DNA from: Naegleria gruberi
Taxonomy: Eukaryota
NCBI GenBank assembly: GCA_000004985.1
Contig: GG738921.1
DNA length: 64,000 bases
Direction: 5' to 3' (one strand)
In this document: positions 46,367 to 57,091 of the stretch, in pieces
Position numbering within the stretch: the first letter of the stretch is position 1
Layout of the letters: every line of letters starts with the position of its first letter
Program-made: the position numbers and the translations under genes
The notes under the pieces: generated by a model
The model's database searches: none
The model's input: only the letters and a program-made list of their open reading frames with translations
Told to the model about the DNA's origin: nothing

Positions 46367-47677
46367 ATGCTTTCTTCCAATCATCAACAAGTTCTCTTCC
46401 TCTCCAACCAATCCTCCTCGATGGAAATTGACGGAGTTTTTGAAAAATGTAATCTTGTCTCTCTCCATCAATTAACAAATTTGGAAATTAAGAAAATTTG
46501 TCCCTCCTCGAGAAATTCATTTATTTGGACAAGTGAGGAAGATCGAATTTTCAAAGTGGGTCGCTCGAATGTTCCAATAGAATCTGAAATTCAATACTGG
46601 AAGAATCCACTCAATTGTTTCGAATGGAAATGGAAAGAAAGAGTGAATAGATATTTGAGAATGAATAAGGAAATGGCATCTATTGTGGATGGTAGAGTTT
46701 TAAATTTGAAGAATATTTATGCATCGTGGTATGCTGTCTTTTTAGAGTTGGATGATGGAGTTTTCTTTGCTGTCAATGATCAAGATGAAAGAATGTGGAA
46801 ATTGGAAAAGGAAATTAAAATGTTTGTAACCTCGCCATGTAGTAATCATGCTTTGGTGGTATTGGAAGATGATGAGCTCATTAATATTGACAGTTTATTC
46901 TTTCAGATGCCTTCTTCTGAAACAGATCAAATTGATGGAACAATTGTAAAGGCAGCAACATCTGCCAAGTCAGATATCATTTTCACAGATAAGAATAAGA
47001 TGTTTTGTAGAGGGGATAATCGATTCAATGTTCAAAATGGTACTAGATCTAATGGATTTTATTCCTATGTGAGAACTCCTTTCGAAAATGAAAGTCTAGT
47101 TCAACAAGTCAAATGTGGACTTTTTCACACAGCTGTCATGTTGGAAAATAAGAGTATTTATGTGTGTGGACAAAACAAATTCAATCAATGTGGAGTTTCC
47201 TCAAAGGAAGATCAATCCTTTACAAAAATTCAATTCTCTTCAGATATAATTCCAGAGAGTTTGTATTGTGGAAGTGATTCGACTGGTTTCACCACCAAAT
47301 TCTCAACCTCCCTGTATGTGTTTGGTGGCATGTTGAAGAATTTAGATTTGAATGCAGTGGAACATGTCCAACAGATGCAAATTACTCAAAAGAAGGGAAA
47401 TAATCAACAACAACCAACAGAATCAGTTTCGTTTGAACAAGTTTCAAGATTTGAACCTTTCGAATTGATTTCAGGAGTGAAGGGTATTAAACTATCACTC
47501 AAATCCATTCCAAATGCTGATTTCAATTCGGTAGTGTTTGGAGATTCGTACATGTTGGTCTTTAAGAGAAATGAGCTAATTGGAAAAACATTGAATTATA
47601 TTCATTTGAATATGAAACGTCTTGGCTTGCAAATTGATAAGCACTATTCAGATCTTGTCTTTCACACTGAATGTTAA
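46367..47677 (+). CDS. Degenerate RCC1-like repeat protein (436 aa)
   Basis: Single ORF; VCGQNKFNQCG and related repeats. Confidence 0.45.
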   Translation: MLSSNHQQVLFLSNQSSSMEIDGVFEKCNLVSLHQLTNLEIKKICPSSRNSFIWTSEEDRIFKVGRSNVPIESEIQYWKNPLNCFEWKWKERVNRYLRMNKEMASIVDGRVLNLKNIYASWYAVFLELDDGVFFAVNDQDERMWKLEKEIKMFVTSPCSNHALVVLEDDELINIDSLFFQMPSSETDQIDGTIVKAATSAKSDIIFTDKNKMFCRGDNRFNVQNGTRSNGFYSYVRTPFENESLVQQVKCGLFHTAVMLENKSIYVCGQNKFNQCGVSSKEDQSFTKIQFSSDIIPESLYCGSDSTGFTTKFSTSLYVFGGMLKNLDLNAVEHVQQMQITQKKGNNQQQPTESVSFEQVSRFEPFELISGVKGIKLSLKSIPNADFNSVVFGDSYMLVFKRNELIGKTLNYIHLNMKRLGLQIDKHYSDLVFHTEC

Positions 47678-47788
47678 TATATACTGTACAAAATTTATAT
47701 ATTTTATGTAAATAATTGATCAAATATAAAATCTTCTATAAATGGAAGAAATAAATAATTATTGAAATATTGCAATTGTGTAGTGTCA

Positions 47789-48543
47789 TTAATACAATTT
47801 ACATTCTGATAGAGTGGCATTGTATGATCCACATCTTGGAATTAAATTTTCATCCCATCCCATGCAACTGTTTGGAATATACAAACAAGATTGTGCAGGA
47901 ATACATCTCTCTGGCGAAAGTGTGTACAAATTACTTGCCTTTCCAACAATTGTTCTTCCATTAACAACTGTAGTTCCATAAAAACATTGTTGTCCAGGAT
48001 AACCAGTTCCAAAAACATAAAACAAAGCAACAGCACAACCAAAAACAAAGAGAATTGGAGTTAAAATCATCAAAATACGTAATTTAGGTTCCAGATAGGA
48101 TGTTCTTTGCCAATAAATCAAAATTCCAAGAGGAACCAATTGAATTATCAAGTAAACCATCATGGCCAAATTACCCCATAATTTCAAATCCGATTCTCTG
48201 TATGTAAATACACCCAACAAGATGAATGTTACCAAACCAATTAATATAACAATTGCTGATGAAGTATATGTAGCTATTTTAATCTATCCATATATATATA
48301 CATATAATAATTATGATCACATCATCATTATCATCCACATATAATAATAACAATAATAACAATAATATCAAACAAATATATCAAACATTAATAGCAATCA
48401 TCCGATCAATATTTAAATTATCATCATCATCAATAATAATATTAATAATACAACAATAATAAATGTAAATATGATCCAATCTATATAACAAAATAATAAC
48501 ATACAGCCTTGCTATTCTCATCACCATAAAGTGGATTCTCCAT
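47789..48543 (-). CDS. Small multi-TM protein with Cys-rich C-terminal segment; exons 48505..48543 and 47789..48283
   Basis: Exon 1 MENPLYGDENSKA (ATG at 48543, A-rich context). Intron 48284..48504 (221 nt, very AT-rich, GTATGT..GGATAG). Exon 2 is in frame with ORF 47789..48235 and has three hydrophobic helices. Confidence 0.45.
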
Positions 48544-48773
48544 TTTTTTATATTTGTTTTTGGTTTCTTCGAATCTTTACAACTCCTCTCGGAGTTTGCA
48601 AAAAAGGCACCGGGTCTTTGAATTGGAATTAATTTGGACTCTAGAATTGAGTGTTATTTGAATATAAAACAATGATTCATGTTCATTTGTGTTGTATTAG
48701 TTGAAGCTTGTATTAAAGATGGTTTAAGGTATTTAAAGTTTACAAAAATATTTTTTGAGTTTACAAAAAAAAA

Positions 48774-49817
48774 ATGTATCAAGATGCATGGGTGGAGGTG
48801 ATGCAATTTTTAGAGCCGATTGATGTGTTGGCGTCTCTACTCACTCTCAATAGAAATTTGTATGAATGGATTAGAAAATCTTCGTGTTTAACCTTTGATG
48901 ATATTTGTAATTATTGTGCTGGAGATGAAAATTCATCCCGAGGCTTGAAAATTTCATTTCATCATCAAATTGATGATCATGATAATTCAATGATTGATAA
49001 TGTAATTGATGATTATTATGTAAAATTGGTTGGAAATACTAAATATATTATTCGGTTGTACTTGGCAAAATTGGCCAAACGATTGGGAAATCAAAATCCT
49101 GTGGAGAGATCTGAGAAAGAAATTTCAAAAATTCTGAATTCATACGAATTGAAATTATTGAATTTTTATAGATCTGTGTTTTTTCCTCAATTTAAATATC
49201 AGGAGAGTGGAACGATTAATTATTTTGTTTTGGGAGATACAGGAATAGGAAAGACAACTTTCAGATATTTTATATGTTATGGAAAGAAAAAAGATAGTTA
49301 TTATGGAGCTACTGGAATTGATTTTCTTATCAAACGGTTTCAAATTGCTGATGAGATGAAATGTGAACATAAGATTTTTGACACTGCTGGTCAAGAAAGG
49401 TTCTTTGCTCCAAACATGATGGTGAAAAGACATGCAAGAAACGATAGGATGGGATTTCTTCTTTGTTTTTCAATGGTTCATCTAGTGTCGTTTGAGAAAT
49501 TGGATGAATGGTTTTCTGCTGTTAAGGAACATGCCCATCCAGAAATTTCAAATTATGGATTAATTGTTGGATTACATCCCCAGAATATTCGTTGGGTCGA
49601 AACTCCTAGCGAACCTCAGATCTGTGTTAAAGATACTGTAAAGAAATCGTATGCTCTTGGTAAATCAGTGTTTTTTGAAGCGAATTGCAATGAGTCCAAA
49701 CAAGTATTTGCTCCTTTTTGGTTTATTCAATTACAATGCACTTATTTCAATAATTGTAAAGAGAAAGACAAGGATCTAACACAAGTTAATAATTCTTGGA
49801 ACTGCTCAATATATTAA
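48774..49817 (+). CDS. F-box-like N-terminus fused to a Rab/Ras-like small GTPase domain with degenerate G4/G5 motifs
   Basis: WVEVMQFLEPIDVLASLLTLNRNLYEWI (F-box-like). GDTGIGKTT (P-loop) and DTAGQERF (G3). The expected NKxD is replaced by GLHPQN. Confidence 0.55.
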   Translation: MYQDAWVEVMQFLEPIDVLASLLTLNRNLYEWIRKSSCLTFDDICNYCAGDENSSRGLKISFHHQIDDHDNSMIDNVIDDYYVKLVGNTKYIIRLYLAKLAKRLGNQNPVERSEKEISKILNSYELKLLNFYRSVFFPQFKYQESGTINYFVLGDTGIGKTTFRYFICYGKKKDSYYGATGIDFLIKRFQIADEMKCEHKIFDTAGQERFFAPNMMVKRHARNDRMGFLLCFSMVHLVSFEKLDEWFSAVKEHAHPEISNYGLIVGLHPQNIRWVETPSEPQICVKDTVKKSYALGKSVFFEANCNESKQVFAPFWFIQLQCTYFNNCKEKDKDLTQVNNSWNCSIY

Positions 49818-49888
49818 AATAACATGAAATTCGCAAAATTTACAATCCTCATGTAATGTACATTTGAAATAAATTAAGGTTTTAAGAT

Positions 49889-51670
49889 TTATTGGAATGG
49901 TTCCAATTCAATTTCGAAAACTGAAACTGGTGTCTTCAAACCAAAGTTAGAAGCAACTTCTGGATGAATAATACCGAAAATACCAATCTTCTTGCCCTTG
50001 TAGAAGATATCAGCTTGTCTACCTGGCAAGAAGCTAATATCGTTAGATGGGAAAATTGAGAAACAGTGCTTATCAACAGATTGGCTATGTTCAACTTCGA
50101 ATGGAACAGCTAAAACTTCCATAACTCTGTCAACCAAACCGTGAATCAGTTCCAAACCCGATGTAGCAGATGAGAAGAGAGCAGCAAGTCTTCTATTATT
50201 CTTAGCACCAACATCCTTAGAATCATCAACTAAAATAACATCACCACATTCGAACAATTTGATTGGCAATGGCAATGACTTGTTGCTTTGCAAGGTCTTT
50301 AACAAACCTGGAATCAAACTAATTCTAGCAGTCTTGAATTCGAATGGACATGGTTCAGCAACAGCAATAGCAGTCTTACCATCGTTGACTCTGTTCATGT
50401 ATTTAAAGTTTTCTTCATCGTTACAGAGAATCAAGGACAAAACTTCAGTATATCCTGACATGGCGAGTTCAAGACGCACCATTTCTGACAATTGGTTCAA
50501 TTCATTTTCCTTACCAACAGTTGAAGACTTTGGGAAAGTAATTGGGATATTGTTGTAACCATGAGCAATGGCAACATCTTCCATAATATCACAAGCATGT
50601 AAAACGTCTGAACGAGTTGGTGGAGCAAGAACTCTCAATTCATTATTTTGAGTGACAGTAGCATTCAATTGCATCTTTGTCAAAATTTCTGCAATTTGTT
50701 GAGCAGATAAATTCAAACCAATTCTACTATTAATATAGTCGCTATTTGTAGTGAATTCAACATTATCAAGAATTGGAGTAGGTTCATCCTTTGATTGAGT
50801 CTTATCTTCATATACAATTTCAACTTGTTCAACTGTGAATGGAACAGAGCAATGTTCAGAGAACATGGTAACAACAGTATTCAAGACAACCTTAGCCTTT
50901 GTCAAATCAGTTGCAGTACATTCAATGAAAACATTCTTTGTAGACATTTTGATCTTTGAGTGATCTCCGTTAATAATTGGTGGCAAAGACAAAACTCTTC
51001 TCTTAGCATCTAAAATAACTGGATAAACTGGACTATCCTTGATAATCTTAGTGTAAGGGGACAAGTGCTTCATTTCACTTCCCTTTTTTTCAATAAAAGC
51101 GAAAAGTTCGTCAGCATCCATTAATTCAGTTCTATCCAAAGGAATGAATTTGATTTCTTTTGGTGGAAGAGCTTCATATGTGAAAGGACCTTCAATAACA
51201 TCCAAATCGTGAGTACCAATAGCAACGAGGGTTCTCTTTCTACAAATATTTTGATGAAGCTTTTCTTGTAAATCAATGAAACTATTGTAGGCATCTTCGG
51301 TGAAGGTGATATTTCTCAAGACAGCACCAACAACAAATTTACGGATTGATCCAGTTTCCTTTTTCACGTTAATCTTTAACAATTGTTTGGTTTTGGAATT
51401 ATCAATTTTATAGGTTGGAGCATCTTGACGACCGAGGAAAATGTTCAAAGCTCTGCTCAAGCCTTCTTCACAGAGTAAATCGTATCTGTTGGCTGGGATT
51501 TCAATCTTGTAGATGACTTCATCGGAGAGTTTGCTTGTATCCTTTGCAGAACCCAATTCCTTTTCCTTCATCAATCTTTCAGAGGTAACATCATCCAATT
51601 CAATACCAAAATCAAAACAAAGTTGCTCAAAATCGGCATCGGCTATAGGAGATATTTTTTTAATTTTCAT
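49889..51670 (-). CDS. farsB: Phenylalanyl-tRNA synthetase beta subunit (cytoplasmic, eukaryotic type)
   Basis: 593-aa intronless ORF. N-terminus MKIKKISPIADADFEQLCFDFGIELDDVTSE matches FARSB N-terminus (..FDELCFEFGLELDEITSE..), with the B3/4 and B5 regions. Confidence 0.88.
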   Translation of the reverse strand: MKIKKISPIADADFEQLCFDFGIELDDVTSERLMKEKELGSAKDTSKLSDEVIYKIEIPANRYDLLCEEGLSRALNIFLGRQDAPTYKIDNSKTKQLLKINVKKETGSIRKFVVGAVLRNITFTEDAYNSFIDLQEKLHQNICRKRTLVAIGTHDLDVIEGPFTYEALPPKEIKFIPLDRTELMDADELFAFIEKKGSEMKHLSPYTKIIKDSPVYPVILDAKRRVLSLPPIINGDHSKIKMSTKNVFIECTATDLTKAKVVLNTVVTMFSEHCSVPFTVEQVEIVYEDKTQSKDEPTPILDNVEFTTNSDYINSRIGLNLSAQQIAEILTKMQLNATVTQNNELRVLAPPTRSDVLHACDIMEDVAIAHGYNNIPITFPKSSTVGKENELNQLSEMVRLELAMSGYTEVLSLILCNDEENFKYMNRVNDGKTAIAVAEPCPFEFKTARISLIPGLLKTLQSNKSLPLPIKLFECGDVILVDDSKDVGAKNNRRLAALFSSATSGLELIHGLVDRVMEVLAVPFEVEHSQSVDKHCFSIFPSNDISFLPGRQADIFYKGKKIGIFGIIHPEVASNFGLKTPVSVFEIELEPFQ

Positions 51671-52342
51671 TTTAATAAAAAATTCATTTTTAAAAGGACA
51701 CTATCCTGTTGGCTTTAAGCAGGCTTGGTCATCAGAGAAGATAATAATAATTATGTATTATATTTCCAGCTAAATTGTTATCCAGCCAAGACTGTTTATC
51801 TTTGAACCTATCTATTTTCAAATGAATTCTCAATTTCAAAACACTGACTGCTCTTACGGAATTTACTTGTAAATATATTCATCATCAAACAACTACACCA
51901 AAACAACAACTCTCAAATGTTTTTAAATCATAAGGATAATTATCAAAATCCTCATCAAAACAACAGGCCTCAAGAATGATCATTCCGTTAAATGGTCTAC
52001 TCCACCTCCCGTACATCAGGAGTCGCTTAAATTTACCATGTTACCTCTCGCCAAATGATCCGAGCTTCTTCACAGGCTATCCAAAGAGCCAATAGTGGTG
52101 TTTGGATGGAACTTTTACTCTATTCATCACTCAGTGTCGAGTGACCTTCTTTCGCGATAATGTTTAATATCCAAACAAAAACAAAACCAACAACATTAAC
52201 AGCAACACTGCTTCTCTGTTCTCCTAATAATCGATACTGAACCTCGGAACAAGTTATTAGAAGTTTAACCTTAAGCCTCATTGGATCTCTTATTAGGGTT
52301 GACAATCTTTAACTGTCTGGATATTAACAAATTTAAAAAAAA

Positions 52343-53881
52343 ATGTTTAATCCATTCTTTACACAACCTTCTGGTGGCGCCAATGTCAATCCATCCAATG
52401 TGAATGGTTCAAATCAATTCAATAATAGTGTTGCTGGTACGTATAACAGTTGTAGTAATAGCAGTGGGAGTACAATGCCAAACTTATTTTCAGACATGAT
52501 TAATGTGAACAGAAGAATGATGATGGGAGGATTTAGCATGCCAAGTGTGAATTTTGGTATGACAGTGATGGGTCAATCGAGCACTACTAATATGACAAAT
52601 AGTGGGATGCTTGGTGGAGGAATGATTATGCCATCAAGTAAAACACATGAAATGTGTGACTTGTCTGGAAAGTGGCAAGACAAATCTGGTATGGTTTGGC
52701 ACATTACTCAAAATGGAAATACGTTCCAAATGATTGAGGAAAGGAGTAATTTCACAGGAAAGGGTTCAGTTATTTCGAGCAATATTAATGGAACCGAATG
52801 GGTAATTCATGTGTCATTAACTGCCAGAACATTACAAGTTAATAATCGTTTACAAGCATTCGACAATAACATGCTGGTTGGTCAAAGGGATTTTTTCAAA
52901 TTAATTGAGAAATTTAACACTAATGTGAAACCATCCCCAAACAACGTGATAGATCCAAATTTGAGTTTGAAATTGGTTGGATCATCTTTTAAATCAAAGA
53001 GTGGCGAATGGCAAGTGGTAATGAAACTAAATGAAGGATTATACGCAATTAAGAATGGAAGTGGAATTATGAAGCATTTGTGTATCACCCCAGACAATAA
53101 TGGTCAATTAATGGTTTTCATTTCACAAGAAAACAAATCAGGTAAGGGAGAAGAGGCCCTCTTCTGTTTAACAGCCGATATCTCACACTTGTCTCTTTCC
53201 AATGGAGAAGTTTGGACCTTAGAGGCTCCTCCAACTATCAATTCCCATGTCTACTCATCAATTTATCAACAACCTCAAACTTATAGTCAACCAGGCTATC
53301 CAATGTATCAACAACCACCAACTCAACCAAATTACTACCCTCCAAACAATTCATATCCACAACCTCCAAATCTTTACCAACAACAACCTTTTAATCCTTA
53401 CCCACCACAATACGGGCATCACCATCAACCACAACCAAATTATTATCCTCCAAATAATTCATATGTTCCACCTCCGCAAACTGTCTCACCTCCACCAAAA
53501 ACTATTGGTTGGGTGGAAAGCATTTTGGCTTGTAAAGACGAGAGTTCGAATAGAATTCTTGAAAAAATTGATCAATATTCAAAGAGCCAATATGAAAAAT
53601 GTGAATCTCATCATCTGAAACAAATTTTAAAACTTTTAACTCATGGACCACACCAACGTGATGCAATCTCCTTATTAAGCAAAAATTTAGCAATTGGATA
53701 TTTAACTTGTAGTTCAGTAGCTACAGATATTGTTCCTTGCTTTGACTTTTTCTCTCATACTTTTGAATCAATCACTACTTTAGCTCCACAAATAACAGAC
53801 AGACGTCAAAATGCAGAAGTAATTTGTAAATGTTTCAATGATATTGATGCCAAGAAAGTGAGAGAACTGTTAATGAAATAA
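52343..53881 (+). CDS. Hypothetical protein with Gly/Asn/Met-rich N-terminus, Pro/Gln/Tyr-rich middle and structured C-terminal domain
   Basis: Single 512-aa ORF; low-complexity PQ repeats (YPPNNSYPQPP twice). Confidence 0.45.
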   Translation: MFNPFFTQPSGGANVNPSNVNGSNQFNNSVAGTYNSCSNSSGSTMPNLFSDMINVNRRMMMGGFSMPSVNFGMTVMGQSSTTNMTNSGMLGGGMIMPSSKTHEMCDLSGKWQDKSGMVWHITQNGNTFQMIEERSNFTGKGSVISSNINGTEWVIHVSLTARTLQVNNRLQAFDNNMLVGQRDFFKLIEKFNTNVKPSPNNVIDPNLSLKLVGSSFKSKSGEWQVVMKLNEGLYAIKNGSGIMKHLCITPDNNGQLMVFISQENKSGKGEEALFCLTADISHLSLSNGEVWTLEAPPTINSHVYSSIYQQPQTYSQPGYPMYQQPPTQPNYYPPNNSYPQPPNLYQQQPFNPYPPQYGHHHQPQPNYYPPNNSYVPPPQTVSPPPKTIGWVESILACKDESSNRILEKIDQYSKSQYEKCESHHLKQILKLLTHGPHQRDAISLLSKNLAIGYLTCSSVATDIVPCFDFFSHTFESITTLAPQITDRRQNAEVICKCFNDIDAKKVRELLMK

Positions 53882-54055
53882 TACAACCACTTTCAAACTT
53901 TATCTCCTCATATATTATCTCACTATTATTTTGATTATTAATGATTCAAAAGAAGAAATGAATCAAATTGTTAAAGTTTGTTTATCTTGTGGATAAATAC
54001 TTTATTTATATACATCTCACTAATATTTGAATTCAAAATTGGAATCTCTTTGCAT

Positions 54056-54802
54056 TTATCTGAAGATGACACCACCACCGCCGCCACCACCGACAACAGC
54101 ACCACCAACTGGACCTGGACCACCAACTGGACCAACTGGACCACCTGGAATTGGACCTGGGCCACCAATTGGACCAATAGGACCACCAACTGGAGGAGGA
54201 ACACCACCAGCAAATCCAATGCCACCATCAATTCCACCAACACCCCAACCACCATAATAAGGAGCTCCATATCCAACACCAACACCATAACCACCGCCAT
54301 AACCACCTCCATAACCATAACCACCACCATAACCACCATAAATTGGAGGAGGAGGAGGAGGAGGAACACCATAACCATAACCACCGCCATATCCACCATA
54401 TCCACCATAAACTGGAGGAGCAACAACAACTGGAGGTGGAGGAGGAGGAAGATATTGTTGGAATGAGCTACCATAGTTTGAACCATAATTGCTTGGACCA
54501 GTGTAAGAGCTTCCATAAGAACTGTATGGATTTGAGTTGACACTATCTACTTGATTGAGATAGGATTGAGTATTTTGAGCATACTTGTTATAGTTGCCAC
54601 CTGAGGTTCCATAATTAGAACCAGCACCGCCATAAGAACCATAATTATTGGCATTGTTGAAGGAACCAGTAGATCCACCAAAACCACCATAGTATGGAGG
54701 AGGAACACCATAGGATTTTGTTTCAGTGTCTCCTCCTGCCAAGACAATCGCAAGGGAGCAGAGTGATAGCAATAAGCCAATAAGAATCTTTTCAGATATC
54801 AT
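54056..54802 (-). CDS. Secreted Gly/Tyr/Pro-rich structural-type protein (GYGGGY and GPIGPIGGPGP repeats, poly-Pro tracts)
   Basis: Signal peptide MISEKILIGLLLSLCSLAIVLAGG; more than 60 percent G/Y/P over 230 aa. Confidence 0.5.
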   Translation of the reverse strand: MISEKILIGLLLSLCSLAIVLAGGDTETKSYGVPPPYYGGFGGSTGSFNNANNYGSYGGAGSNYGTSGGNYNKYAQNTQSYLNQVDSVNSNPYSSYGSSYTGPSNYGSNYGSSFQQYLPPPPPPVVVAPPVYGGYGGYGGGYGYGVPPPPPPPIYGGYGGGYGYGGGYGGGYGVGVGYGAPYYGGWGVGGIDGGIGFAGGVPPPVGGPIGPIGGPGPIPGGPVGPVGGPGPVGGAVVGGGGGGGVIFR

Positions 54803-55077
54803 ATTTTGTTTTTTTGTTTTGATGAGTAATTAGGAAGGGAGAGAAGGGTGGAATTTATTGAATTTTTGGAGCTTGTCAACTTCATAACTAAATGTGCAAG
54901 TATCTAATAGAGGAAAATGAAATGATGGGAATGATGGACCTATAAAGTAAAATTGTGTATAAATGTTGAATTACTTAAATGGAAATGATCAGATTGTTTG
55001 GAAACAAAGTCTCATTTTGTAACAAAGCAGTTTTTAAATTCACTACAATTTAAGAAAATTTCATATCTGAATGTGAA

Positions 55078-55129
55078 GCGTCGATGGTTTAGTGGTAGAA
55101 TACGGCGGGTTCAATTCCCGGTCGACGCA
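55078..55129 (+). pseudogene. Truncated tRNA-like element (tRNA-Gly-like acceptor, D and T arms; anticodon arm missing)
   Basis: GCGTCGA..TGGTTTAGTGGTAGAATAC..GGCGGGTTCAATTCCCGG..TCGACGC. The 7-bp acceptor stem and T arm are intact and the D arm matches eukaryotic tRNA-Gly(GCC), but about 20 nt of anticodon stem-loop are absent (52 nt total). Confidence 0.45.
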
Positions 55130-55331
55130 GCAGAAAGCAATAATTTTGTTCAATTAAAGCTTTTAATGTGAATTGTTTTTACACTACAATCTAGACATAC
55201 CATACTACACGAATCTCAAATACCACATTTTCATTCTTTATATTAGAAAAGATATTAATCAAAGTTAAGACCTCATTTTTTTATTGTGTTTTGTTTTTTA
55301 AAAAATGCAAGTAATGAAAATTTAACAAACT

Positions 55332-56586
55332 TTAATTTTCCTTGTCAATCAAGGCTTGATTCACAGCCATTACCACTCTGTAACGAGCTTGATTCTTGAG
55401 AACCTTTTCAACGGCTTGAGTTACATTATCAAGAGTAGTTAATTCAATTTGTGGCTTAATATTGTGATCAGCAGCAAATTGCAACATTTCCTTCATCAAA
55501 TCGGGAGTGGCACTTGCTGAACCAACAATTGCACGATCTTTGAGGATGAGAGGAAAAGCTGATGCTTTATATATGCCAGAATCAGCTATTTAAATTGTTA
55601 TTTAATTAATTTAAATTAATAATTAATAATTAATAATAATATTAGGAAATTAAAAGTAATTAAAAGTAATTGGAATGCAAAACAAGTTAAATTACTTACG
55701 AAGTCCTAACATGACCATCTTTCCGAATGGTTTCAACATTTGGATAAACTTATCATTATCAATATCAGTGCTAACAGTATTGAGAATCATGTCAAATTTG
55801 CATGAAAGAGATTTTGCATCATTTTCTTCTGTGTGGACAAAGAATTCATCAGCTCCAAAGGATCTGCATTCCTTCTCCTTATTTGCATTTGTGGAAAGGG
55901 CTACAACATGGAATCCCATCTTTTTAGCAAATTGGAGAGCTAAATGACCTAATCCTCCCAATCCCAATACTGCTACTACAAATTCATTTCGTTTCGAATA
56001 AGGACTTTCACGATAGTAGTATAATGGTGAGTAAACTGTGGCTCCAGCACACAACAATGGACTGGCATCGACAGATTTCAACTTGTCTGGAATTGGAAAA
56101 ACAAATCTAGCATCCCAAACAACACCTGTTTGAAAACCTCCTCCAATTGGTGCCTTATCGAAAGGTAAGGTCTTGTCACACAAATTTTCGAAATGATTCT
56201 TACAAGTTGGACATTCGAAACATGAAGTGTAGTGCCATCCCATTCCAACACGATCTGATACCTTAATCTTTGTTTCCTTCTCGACTTGCTCACCAACATG
56301 ACGAACAATTCCAACAATTTCATGACCAGGAATGCAACCAACATTATGCAATGAGTGAATATCTGATTATTTAATAATATTTGATTTGGATAACTACTAT
56401 TACTATTGAAAAATACTAACCTGTATAACAAATACTACTGGCAATTACTTCGACAAAAACCTCCAAAGGACCCAAACTTTTCACTTGTTGCTTGATTGGG
56501 CGAAAGGAGAATTCCTTTCCTTCTTCCTTTTCTGCTACTGCATAACCAGAAACTTGGATTGGTGGATTGATTTCCTTGATAGACAT
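55332..56586 (-). CDS. Zinc-dependent alcohol dehydrogenase of the cinnamyl-alcohol-dehydrogenase (CAD) type; exons 56421..56586, 55700..56362, 55332..55585
   Basis: GHEIVGIV, catalytic and structural zinc Cys clusters (CFECPTCKNHFENLC), Rossmann VLGLGGLGHLALQFAKKMG. Introns 56363..56420 (58 nt, GTTAGT..AATCAG) and 55586..55699 (114 nt, GTAAGT..AAATAG) verified by frame and by the conserved C-terminus ..RYRVVM... Confidence 0.8.
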
Positions 56587-57091
56587 GGCGATAGATACTT
56601 TTCTTGTGGATTTCTTTTTTTAATTGTTGGATTTAAACTAATGCAGAAGAATTCTTGCTTTTAAATGTTACAAATTTGGAGATTGTACATTCTTGCGACT
56701 TTATACGTGCATTCATACATTCGCACGAGGATGTTATTTATTTAATATCCACCGTTGAAACTTGTTAAATTTCCATACGAAAGAAACACATTATCTGACA
56801 TGTCTTTGTTAAGATTCATCTCATTTATGAAAGTTAGAATGACCTGTGAAAGGAAGACGAGGAGAATGGATATTTTGTGTTGTAATAACACATTTACAGT
56901 TACAATCCAGAATTTAAGGTCCGCATTCGATATCCTTTAGGAGTCGATTAGATCAGCAGCGGTTATTTATCTTTTCAAATTGACCACATCAACAATATCC
57001 TGATTTTATCATACTCTTTCCAGAGTGGATACAAGATTTCGTTATTCGATTCCCTTATGTTTTACCCAGTTTTTTCATTTTCTGCTTTTAC

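Noticed and set aside
53971-54543. ORFs 53971..54543, 53978..54466, 54027..54257, 54343..54540 and 54547..54780
   Set aside because: Alternative frames and antisense of the Gly/Tyr/Pro-rich gene, which is the only one with a signal peptide and start context.
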